A stretch of DNA of 32,051 bases from Sphaeroforma arctica JP610 (Eukaryota): the NCBI RefSeq assembly GCF_001186125.1, contig NW_014040530.1:88569-120619 (forward strand), in the 5' to 3' direction. Position numbers and translations under genes: made by a program. The notes beneath the pieces are model-generated. The model made no database searches and was not told the origin of the DNA. It worked only from the letters and a program-made list of their open reading frames with translations. The number at the start of each line of letters is the position of its first letter. Position 1 is the stretch's first letter. Below are positions 9,668-21,600 of the stretch, in pieces.

Positions 9668-12600
9668 ATGAGTACTAGGCAATATGGTAGACAGCAGTCC
9701 CTGGGATTGGTTACGTTTGGAAATCCCCCCACTGGGGAAAGGGAGGAACATACACCTCGGTCTACCCTCTCTCGCATGTTCAGTGGCTGGATGACACCGA
9801 ACATATCCAGGTAACTGAGTGTTGGTATATTTATTACGCATGCGCTGTCTGAATCTTAGTATGAGTTTTGGCCACTATCAGATTTTGTTATAGAATTGGA
9901 AGTGTAGGGCAGAATTGGAAGTGTACGGGGTGGCACTGATTTTTGATTGTGCTCTTGGTAGGAAATAGTATGGGCTTACACCAATCGAGATTCGAAAGGG
10001 AGTAGACATGCAGATGTAGAAAGTGCGGAGGCCAAGCAACGTCTCAGGTATATCAGGGTGGAGCTTGCGTTTTGGCACGAATTACGCTATTGGAAGCTTT
10101 CAACTTGAACCGGTTAATTTGAATATTGCACGAGAGCTTTACGTCTGTGAGGTATCACATACGCACGCTTGTGCTCCTAATATTCTACACCTGTGTCAAG
10201 GCCCGCTTCTAGCATCGTGCTTGCTTGTATTGGTCTGGAACTCTCTTTACGTCATAGAAATATCTTTGTCAGGAAAATATGCTCAGCATATCATTACCGA
10301 ACAATTGAAAGATACTTGGATTAGTACATACGTGAGAACAGGACTGAATATTTTTTATCGTCTTTGTACAGAGTTCAACACTGATCTGTGCTGGTAGACC
10401 GTAGTCGTGTAACGTACTGATAGAGTGTATCAAGTTTGCCTAACAGTTTTTTGTCTTAAGCAGAGGGTATAGCGGGAATAATATTTGTGTCTGGAGTTGT
10501 CAGATTGATTGCACCGGCTACAACGTACATGTACGCTAAGTGGTGCAGCGGCCCTAATAGTGGACAGATTGAACGGATTTCTGCTGCTGTAGTGATGAAT
10601 GTTATTCCACATTTGTCTTGTAGGAAGCTGTGCGTGTCACACATGTATACCCAGATACTCTGACTCTACGCTCAGGGTTTGTTGGAACTCACTTACGCAA
10701 TAGTATAGTTGAAGCTGATTGCTCGCACCGTAATCAATAATCACAATGATAGGTTCTGGTATACTTTCTGGTATGCAATGGCTACTAGCTTGGTACCTAT
10801 ATTCCTCCAGAGAACTCATTCTTTCGTTTTGTATGAACATGCACTTGCTCCTGCACATCGATTTTGAATCACATAATCGATCCCATTCCAATGATCTGGA
10901 GCCCGGTAATGGCATGCGCGACAACCTCTGATACAACCGTCACCGATATTGCTAAGATCATATCAGTTGGGCAGATAGCTTAATATTAATTCTATTCACT
11001 TTCAATGGACTACATACGTATCGTATCAATCTTTAGAACGCCGCACGATGTTATCGGCAGTCCTACAGCAGATGCTGCACATCTGTTTGTTCACAAAAAG
11101 TCGAGCAACCTGAGTCGCTTGTCTAGTAGGTCGTCGACTGCAACGCCGGATACACCTAAAGAAAACGAAGGTATACTCAGTTCATTGCATGGTGCCCGCA
11201 CCTGATTGGTCATCAGGTGTATTTTATCGAGTTGATGCACACACAGATAAAAGCAAGCTACTGCAGTTCACTATACGGGTGATATAACTCACACCCTCAC
11301 TTGCTGAAATTTGATCGCGGTTTACACTGTCGCCCATGAACACACAGTGAAAAGGTGGTGTACTTTAGAAGATGCTGTGTTTTTTTGAGTCGTGCAAGTC
11401 CTTCCAAGCATTTTTGCTTCATTGGCCCTGAATGGCTTGATTCTCAATCTCCATGATCTCTTCCATACGTTCAGGAAAGAGTTTCAAGCGGCAGGTTTCC
11501 AAATCACGTTCTCTTAACTCTGTTAGAGAGTCCCATACACATGCCGAAATACTACCCCACAACGAACCGCGAACCAGCGATTGGGTGAAACAGCGTATTT
11601 TGTCACTGGGAGACATCTTAGCAACGCGCGACGATGAGAGTGACCACAGCATCTACTGGGCCCCCGATGATCAGTGTCGTTCCTGTTATCAGTGCGGAGC
11701 TCAATTCACCACGTTTCGCCGTCGACACCACTGCCGCATATGCGGGCAGATATACTGCTGGAATTGCTGTCACAGCCGAGTAGATTGTAGTACAGTAGGT
11801 ATCGATGAAGTGATGCGGCTCTGCGTGTTTTGTGAAAAGATTGTGAATGATAGCTCCGCGAGTATCAAGGAGACAGAGGTGGATGACGGTAGAGGCAGTG
11901 CTTCGAGTGTAGACCAATTGCCCACGTCGACCTTTCTATCCAAGTCTGTGTTGCCTCCTACGAGATTTGATAGCGACCGAGAGGTGGCCAGTACAGCCCA
12001 TCTGTTCATACCCCCTAGTTTCACGGGAAGTGCTAGGCGCGCGGCGAAGTTGAAGGCGGAAGCTCTGAACGAAGAAAAAAAAAATGTTGTCTCCAAACCT
12101 GTGGAGCTGGATATCATAATCTCATCTCCCAAACTAAATACCAGAGCAAGTGCAAGTGCAGATGGTATAAGTGTTGCTTTGCCTCAGAAGTCGGATACGG
12201 GCTCTGGTGGTGTCGACGAAAATGAGAAGGTATGTCAGGTGTATCATTGCACATTGGGCCGATTGGCCAGTGCTTGGGATTGGTTCTGTCACGATAAAAC
12301 CATCTTGTCATCTATTTGATGTTAGACAGTTCGTGTCAACCGATTTGCTCCGATATTCTTATTTTCTTGTTTTCTTGTACTTCATTGGTGTGTCAGGAGA
12401 AAGCAGGGGTGGCGGACCAGTCTGTTGGAGTCAATGAAGATAGCACCGGGATGCACAAAGCGTTGCTAGACGACGGGTCTGTCAAAGGGCTGAAATCAGA
12501 ACCTATGACGGTTATAAATTTTGATATGGGCAGCGGAAAACAGACTCCAGTAAAACAGACGGCGAGCACTTTAGCAGACAGCATCGATGCTAGTCATATC

Positions 12601-15600
12601 CCGGACGACGGCGTCGATTTGAAGGGGATCTCGGTCATAATGATGAAGAATATCATTGCCCATGCGCTCGCAATCCCTGGGAAGTTCAAGCTTGGCGATC
12701 GTCGTTTCCGTCTCAAGACTTACAGCAATTGCTTTGTCGCATCCGACTTTATCGACTGGCTGCTACTGGGCGAGTACGTCTCGGACAGAGATGCGGCCAT
12801 TGAGCTAGGCGAGCGTATGGTGTCTCACGACCTGATTAAATCCGCTGCCGATCACGAAAACAGCTTCAGAGATGATTATCTTCTCTTTCGCTTCACTGAT
12901 ACAGCCACCGCGAAGCCACCAATTGCAACTCGGTACTCCATTGCAAACCTGGTGCCGCGACCATGCATGCCGAATTTCGGCAAGGAACCATCTGTTTCCG
13001 ATGGGATTTACTATCAACCAGCAGTTCCTAATCTGCAGCGGGGCAAGGATACCCTGGACATGTCTCTGGCTAAACACAGAGTCAAGAGATCCAATTCTTT
13101 CTTCGCCAATCTTCCCGGAGTTGACGTGGTACGGTCCTCCTCACTTGACCCTGGTATGCATTGATATTACCCTTGTTGCATCTTTGACCTATCATTTACG
13201 GCTCTTGTGTTTTACTCCACGAACACCCATACCAACGCAATTGTAACGATTATCTGGTGGTCTTTGGTGAGCCTTTCACATCTGCGGTTCTTCACACGTC
13301 AATTCTAAATGTCTTATATATCTTCTGTCAGCTTGCACGGATCGAATTTTAGTATATTGTTCAACTTTCACGTAGCTTCGAGCCTGCAAAATTACAACGC
13401 GTGATTTGATGTCTGGCATCATAACACAGCAATACCCGTGCCTGTTCTCCCATGCGAAGATGTCATATTTCAAACTTAAACAAACACTAGGCTAGCCTCC
13501 AGTTAAAAACATGGCTGCGTATGTGGTCATATGCAGGCAATTGATGATCAGCTTGAGTCTCAGCGAACTAATTTTATTTAAGACAAAACTTAGCAACGAA
13601 TTGAGCCTCAAAAACAAGAACACTTCTATTTTCTTTTCAGGTATCCTAGCAAGCCTGTCATCATTGTCATCTGGTGATTTGGATACAGCTAGATTCAAAC
13701 CGGGAGTCTTGAGTGATATGAAGCAGCAGTTCGGAGGAACAAGTGTTGCGACGGACCTGAGCCGGTCGAAGTCATCAGCCTTCAAACCAATGGGGGGGGG
13801 ACATTCTATTAGCGTCATCAAGCCAATTCCGTACGTGGTTTGGATGGTTCCTAATCCATGCAAACGGGTGTTCTGATTTCCATCGGTTTGTATTGTCTTC
13901 ACACCGTTGATTGATTTGAGGATTGAGTGTCACCTGCGCGTGAGTATCACTTGTGCTTATGTTGTCTTTTTGTATCACGTTCACACACTTTATATTATTT
14001 TTCTCTGCGTTCATCAGCCGTCTTACGAAACTTCAGAAAGAAGAAGAGTCTGTAATTGGGTCTACCACGTCCAAACTACCTGATGCCCACGAACAATCAG
14101 AGTCTGCAGTGGATCGCCTGGTCGAGAGTCACACAAACCGACACAGTCGCACCATAAGCCGCAACGCTGAAGCGGACATTCTGCTGCACAATTCGAGCGG
14201 CGAGCCCTTGAAACTAGGACAGAACCCCAGGTTGAGAGGCAAGGAGTTCAAATCGAAACTATCGAATCAGGTACCTGTCCAGCCGAGTACAGGCATTTCA
14301 CTGAGAGAGCAGAAAAAAACTGAGGACCAATATATCCGATTCATCTCGGATGCTGTGCGACAGCGCCGGTTGCGGATGTGCTCTCAGATCCTGTGCGATA
14401 TGGGCTTATCCGTGTCATGGTATGGTTGTTGTGCACGCGCCACAGTATGAGCCGTTTCTGTTTCCTGCATCAAGCACGTAGTAAGTCTGGGAGCAGAGTT
14501 CTCACCATTTTCTTTTAGTGAAACATGTAATTCGGGTCATCCTGTTGATGCAACAATCATCGAATCTACCATACGTGGCCGGGGAAGTATCTATTATCAC
14601 TCACAAGAGACTTTTCGAGCCCTATAAATGTTTCTATCCTACGCACAATTTCTACATGGCACCACTTTAGCTGATTGAAAATGCGAGATCGGCAGTTCTC
14701 AATACTGAGCTTCTGCATGATGAATTCTCCAAACAGGGTGAGTACGGTGGAAAGCCTTGCGCAAGAAGCAGTTGTGCAGGTAAGAACGCCAGCCCTGGGA
14801 TCTGCTGACCCAATGGACATTCGTCAGTGGATTAAAACGAAGATAATCCCTTACGGTGCTAAGAGCGACAGCCAGTGTATACACGGCGTGGTCTGCGCAC
14901 AGCATCTGGTGCACAAGAAAATGCGAACCGACATAACGAATCCGAGGATTTTGCTGCTGAATTCCTCCATCGAGTATGATCAAACACATGCCATCACCTC
15001 GATGGAAGACGTATTCAAAAAGGACCAGCTGCTGAAAAGTTTACAGTTGCAGATAGATCTGATCAAGTGCCATCGGCCGGACGTAGTATTGGTTTCTGGG
15101 TCTGTGGCGTATAAGGCGCAGGAGATGTTCTTGGCCGAGAATATATCTCTGGCGGTGAATGTGAAGCGGTCCACTCTGGACTTCGTGAAACGTTGTACCG
15201 GTGCGGAAATTCAAGAATCGATGGCAGAGATGCGGGTATCCAAGACATCTATCGTAGGCACCTGTGGGCGATTCTTCATAGGCACAGTGACCGCTGGAAA
15301 ACCTCTCATGTACTTCACCGAGTGCAATCCTAGGCGAGGTACGTCCATGCGTTTCGCTTAATTCGGCGATCGAATGCATGTGACAGGGAGCTCTAGATCG
15401 CACAGGCTATGCCAGCCATCGTGTTATTTTTAATATCGGATTCTTTCCTACTAACCTGTGCATCTTCTTCTTCGCTTGCACGGGCTTTGCTCATGTCAAA
15501 TTCATGTAATCTTTTGCAATGTGTGTCCAGGGGTGACGATAACGCTGCGCGGGGCGGATGAAGCCACTCTAAAGAAAGTCAAACAGGCACTCTCTTTCAT

Positions 15601-18600
15601 AACCTTCGTAAGCTATTGTGGATTTATCGAATCTTTTTACCTGTCCGATGTCTTCGCGGTGATTCCCGAGGATGAACGCGATAAGGAAACGATAGCTTGC
15701 AACATCACGGACAACCCAAAGGTAATAGTCTTTTCTATACACTGGTTCAATACAAATTTTACCTTTAATCGCGGCACGTTACCAAAAGCCGGCGTCGTTT
15801 TTGGTGTTTAATATGTATAATTGAGTATTGCTTCGCTTGGGACACTTCCGTCCAATTCGGAGCTTAAGTGATCAAGTTGCCTTTCCTACATTAGAAATCA
15901 CATCGTGACCGCTTCTGCTCGTTGGCGAATCAGAGTGTTCTATCAACCTCACCTATGGTGGACTTCGACATTCCGTATCTGTATAGCTCAAAGGTATGAG
16001 TTGATTCCGGCTTGCTCTAATCCATGAATTGGGTGGATTCTTCTGCACCTTTCACTTGTTGATACAACTTTGACGGCACTCCTATTCTAATTGATTATTT
16101 GTGTTTGTGTTTGGTACGACAGGGAAAAGCGATGCTCTCTTATTTCCCGTCGGGTCTGTACACCACCAGACGACTGCAGGCATCGAACTACCAAACTCTT
16201 CCGATAGATTTGCGAACAGCCTATCTATTAAAGCAGCATCCGGCGGAGAGAGAGCCAAAGAAGCACCTCCTGTCTAATGTAAATTGAAGCGCAGTCTTAT
16301 TCGGATCTTTTGCACTTTGGGATTCGTGCATGAATAGAATTTTCTTTGTGGCTCGTGCACCCCTTCAGATTTATTACACTCAAACCTCGTCTTTTTACGT
16401 AATGCACAGCCCCTGCCAAAGCCGTTCGATGCTGTAAGAACGGACTGGGACAGTCGTTCTAAATATCACCCTGGCAAGGTAAGCTATGGTTTAATGTCTG
16501 TGTTCGGTATATGATAAGCTGTGATGTTAATTTATTGTTGACTTCAGTACGACACTTATAATCAGGTGTTGATATTCATTCTACGTTTAATGGCAGGACA
16601 TTCATTTCGCAATGCTTCATGACGAGCGGCAGCCCATGGAAACACAAGCGGCTTCAGATGCCAATGGGGAGGTATATTTACGTATGGTCGCACGAATGTG
16701 GTATCGACTGGTGAATTTGGATAAGAACATGGTTGTTGTATAGTCCTGCACCCTTAGATATAGTTTGTCGAAGTCGGAAGGCGAAGTTGTGCTGCGCTGC
16801 TTATGTAGTGATTAGTACACATGTGATAGATTTTGCAGAGTTCATCGCATATATAACCGCTGATAAATACTGTCGCTCAAATTCATCGATAAACTTGATA
16901 ATAGTCGCAGGAATCTCAATTCTCAAACCGGAAACTGGCCTCGTGGGACGCACTCAACCCAGCGATGCATCAGAGCATCCAGGTAGGTGTTGTCGAAAGA
17001 TTGTCTTTTCTGTTTACCCCAATACCACCAAGTTAGACTTTTATCTTGATTATCGGTTTAAACTCGGACAATAGTGAATCCTGGAGTACATAAAATAGTG
17101 AATCCTGGAGTACATAAAAGTCAAGAATCGCACGAATAACTAAGGAGGACTTTGGCATCTCGGGGAGAAATACTGGACTAAATGCATTTTACTGATTCGA
17201 AGCAGTGATCTGTCTCGATCGTAACATAGCTAAATGTAATCCTGGTTATTTGTAGGTCTTATACAGCGTCGAGCTCCCCGGAAATGGCGAGCAACCAGCT
17301 CGCATGTGCCTGAAGCCCAAGAAGATGGATTTTTATTACTATGGTGACAAAGACCAAAGTTTAGGCTCATTTCTAAGCCGATACTGTTTCAATACGCATG
17401 CGTGTCCAAGCGAGACCTGCGACCGGCCACTATCGGAACACAAACGGATCTTTTCTCACCAAGACGCGCGGATCAGTTTCATTAACATTCCAAGTAATGT
17501 TATTCGCGGACAAGAACAGACACTACTGATGTGGTCGATCTGTCATGAGTGTATGAAGGTATGCTGGGAGAGATTTTGAGGAGTTTTGCAATACACTGTC
17601 ATTTCAGCCTTTTCTCTTTGTCGTAGTCGTAAATTACGTAAACTAAGCACGCGTGCTTTAAACAATTCTCTGTTTAAAGTACGATCGACTTCGAAAACCA
17701 CTTTGATTCAATTTGGTGCACTCAGATAGTATGATTTATGGCTTAACTAATCGGCATCTGTATGACAGTACGGCCCGTGTATACCTGTGTCCGAGGAAAC
17801 CTGGTGTATGTCATTTGGGAAGTTCTTGGAGTTGTCTTTCCACGAGAAGACTCTAGGATGCCGTGTGACTCAAATTACAAATGAAAGTGGTATGATGAAG
17901 CTGGTTGAAGACAAGCATTCTTTTCATCGTAACCACAATCGCTATTATGGACTGAATGATCAAGCTGTCGTTGTGCAATACGATAAGATCGACATGCTGT
18001 TAGAAGTTGTGGTAAGTATGTATGTCTGCCTTTTTTACGCTTGCCTGCAGCATACCTACATTTATGTCACGTTGTATCAAGTCTTGAGATTTCTGTTATT
18101 TGGGGCTCCGGCGCTCATTTCGCGGTGGCAGCAAGATTTGTCAGTGTTATTGAGGACGTTTTTATCGTACGTTATCGTACATGGCAAAGATTGCACTCTA
18201 TTTAGAATGTACTTCAATACTGCTCAAATTGTCTATCGCAACAACTCACTACTACTACATTCTACTACTGTTCCTCTGTTTCAGGTACCTCCGACTATTG
18301 TTACTAGTAAACCAGTGCCTCTAAAGTGTGGCGAATTCCTATCAGGTATATATAGTCCGTGCGAGCCTTTCTTTACCTAAGCACAACTGCTTTGACTGCG
18401 CAGTACGCATAACTCTTTGATACTCGGCTTAGCATCCGCATTCCGAAAGCTAATCTTGAATCCCGCTGCCTTTGGTTAATTGAGCTGTGCTTTGTTCTTA
18501 CCTTCGCAGCTGTTGTCCAGCTTCAGAAGGAGATGCAAATGTTGTTCGAATCTCTCAGCCTTCAATTGGCTTGTTTGTATGTCCGCGCTCGAGAGTCCGG

Positions 18601-21600
18601 GTCCCAGACTTTCGCATCACATGCCCACAAACTCCTACGCCGCAGTTTCATAGAAGGTTTGTTGCTCGGGATATCATTAACTGCCACCTCCCTTTTGTCT
18701 GACTGTGTATTAGCCTTTGATATGCACTCCGTTCTGTATTTGGCTCTAATCTTCACACATTTTTCCGCGCAGCCTCACTCTATGGAAGCAGAGTGGATCA
18801 AATCGCCAGGCACGCTCACGCTAAGCATATCCACGGGCAGTCACACACTGAGAGTGAGCTAGGAGGCACTACCGATGACTTTGATGACGAAGACGAAGAA
18901 AGTCTGCGCTCTGCACTTCCAGGTAATACGTTTTAAAAGCTAAAATTATGAACATATGAGTATATGATCAACGGGCGCTGTACGCATCCTACGTTCTACA
19001 CTACTCCTATGAATGCGGGTAGCGATATTTGAAATCGCAAGTAATCAGTATTTCTTATTTTTTTCGTTACTTTCGCGGTCACAGACGGCATAGCAGCACC
19101 TCAGCATCTCATTACAAACTGTCTGCCCGGCTATAAATCCCTTTGACGACATATTTGGATTCACGATGTGGCGTCTATAAAAGCATGGGATTCGTGGTAG
19201 TATTACATACATATACTCCTGTTAAATACTTGTAACATCACATCTTTATCTGGGGCATGTATCTTTATAAGGATGGAATTCATGGTAGCATTGCATACAT
19301 ATATTCCTGTTAAATATTTGTAACATTGTATCTTTATCTAGGATGTGGCATCTTCAAAAGCATGGAATTCATGGTAGCATTGCATACATATATTCCTGAT
19401 AATGATTTTTTAACGCCACATCTTTATATCTGGGTTGCAGCAAAAGTGATAATTGTTTTGATTGCTCAGCTTGATGTGCCTGATTACATACAGAAGGGAC
19501 ATACGTATCAGACTCAAGTCGACAGTCAAGTGCGCTCCAAGAAGGAGATCATGTAGACAGCGACGTGAGTAGTCTCAATGTCAGCCGTATGTCATTTGTT
19601 GTGTCTACAAACGTGTCTGCGACGGTGTCATCAGTACCCGTACAATATGTTGCACCAGAGGAAAATACTACAACCATGACTACCGTCAGTGTGCATGAAG
19701 AGGACGATGACAGTGGATTAGATCAACCTGCAGTCGAAGGGTGGGAGGGAGCAGTTCTGACTGGTTCGAACGCTTCATCGCGGGGTATACCAGATACTGT
19801 GAGTGGTGTTGAGGTGGCGGCGATAGATACCAACCGCACGAATGAATACGACACACCTCGTGATGCCGAGGTGGGAGAGGGTATATCAAACATGCTGCCC
19901 TGTGTGAGGGAAATAGTCGCTGATAATGTCACAGACACATCGGCCGATTCCCTACCAGCAATCCCGAGCAAAGAAATGACATCACTAGCAGAGAATAGCG
20001 ACTTACAATGCTCCAGATCAAAGTCGATTTCTAGGGACTCGATGACCCAGGTGATACCACTAAGTGCCGGTGACCAAATCGGGAAAGATACGATAAACGA
20101 GATTATCAAAGCACATCAGCTGGACACATCTACAATCTCCGACATCACAGGCCGTCCTTTCAGAGAAGGGCCGCCTAGTTTAACGCCAGATCTGATAGAG
20201 GATAAGGGCGACAGCGAAGCTTCTGCCCATGGTGCGAAAGTACGAGTTCATAGTAAGGCAATCGAAGTAGCCCTTCCAAATGGAGAAAAGGAGAACGAGA
20301 ATGTGCGGGATCAGCTCTCGCCGCCTCCAGAAGTCGGCGGTGACAATCCAGCGCTGCAGCGAGATCTCATACTCGCGAAGGAACACACAGAAGCGATGGA
20401 ACGGTCGAAGAAGTACATTCAGATGCGCAAAGCGTCACAGGTCAGCGACGGAGGCATACCGATGCAAACCTATCATCGATTCGCTAGTTTGGCCAATGCG
20501 CCCACTACGGTCATACGCATACCTACGGAGTCAGATCACCCGGCGGTCCCAGACGCAGCTGAGTTGGACAGTCCGGGAGTTCGGGCTGGCGAAGATGAGG
20601 ATGTGAGCTTATCGCCGAATGCCGAGGAGGTCAGTGGTCCACTCATTGTTCAAACATCTCCCGAAGAGGACGATGACGCGAGAGACCGGAGCTATTCTCG
20701 CGAGCTTCCGCCACCGCTACCAGACTGTGAATTCACATCCAACGGGAGGTACCCATCTGCGCGGTTGAATAAACCCGCCCCTCCGCAGACGGATATCCCC
20801 CGTGATCCAGCAGAAACCCAGGAGGACTGTGTACGCGAGTTACCTCCACCGCTCCCCGCGTCCCCGTCAGAGTCTGAGGAAGAGGAACTTCTGCGCATGG
20901 AACCGCCTTCGTTTCTGTCGGTGGATATACAAAATTACGATGACGCACAGTTTGAGGGGGATGAGAAGACACTGCCTGCAAGCGAAGTGACTTCAGGTGA
21001 TGGTGCCGAAGAGATGTTGTCGGACGACTCGTATCAGATCCCGGTATCGGAAACGCGACTACCAGGCAGCCTGCTCAGGCTTGAACCGATCAAACCAGAA
21101 ATGCGACGGTCCATATCAGCCGCGTCCAGTGCTGCACTCGCCCTTGAAAAATTTGAGAGATCTTCCATGTCGCTGAGAGCTCGCGCCGAAGAGAGCAACA
21201 ATGCGAAGAACAAGATGCAGCCCTGTGGTTCAGCTCCTCTACCGAGAAGGTTGACAGCCCGCTCTTCTTCTCTCTATTTACCTCTCCAAGGTACTCAAGA
21301 CGAGGACACGGGTGACCCTCTCAACGGTACTCAAGACGAAGGCACGGATGACTTTGGAGAGTTTTCTTCCTATAAGTTCACATCTATCAAACCATCTCCA
21401 ACACCTGAAAGGAAGATGTCTGCGAACTCTATCTTGGCGAAGGCGAAAGCAAACCTCAAGCCATTGACCGGATTTGCAGAACTACTTGACGAGTCGCTCC
21501 ATCCAATGGGGTTTGTGTCATCTTCTACGCAAGCGCCTTCCGCCGGTCTCAGCCTCGCCTTAGATGACAGGACAGCGCAACCTCTCATACGGCATGCTAC

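Noticed and set aside
9892..9925. 15-bp direct repeat AGAATTGGAAGTGTA as a target-site duplication
   Set aside because: Only 4 nt separate the copies, which fits a local slippage duplication better than an insertion.
19144..19146. In-frame TGA as selenocysteine/readthrough, or as evidence of a PIKfyve pseudogene
   Set aside because: Exon 18773-18922 splices in phase directly to 19494, so the stop need not be in the mRNA. All catalytic motifs are intact.
19165..19432. Regularly spaced repeats as a CRISPR array
   Set aside because: The entire ~88-bp unit is repeated with no unique spacers, there are only three diverged copies, the location is intronic and eukaryotic, and no cas genes are present.
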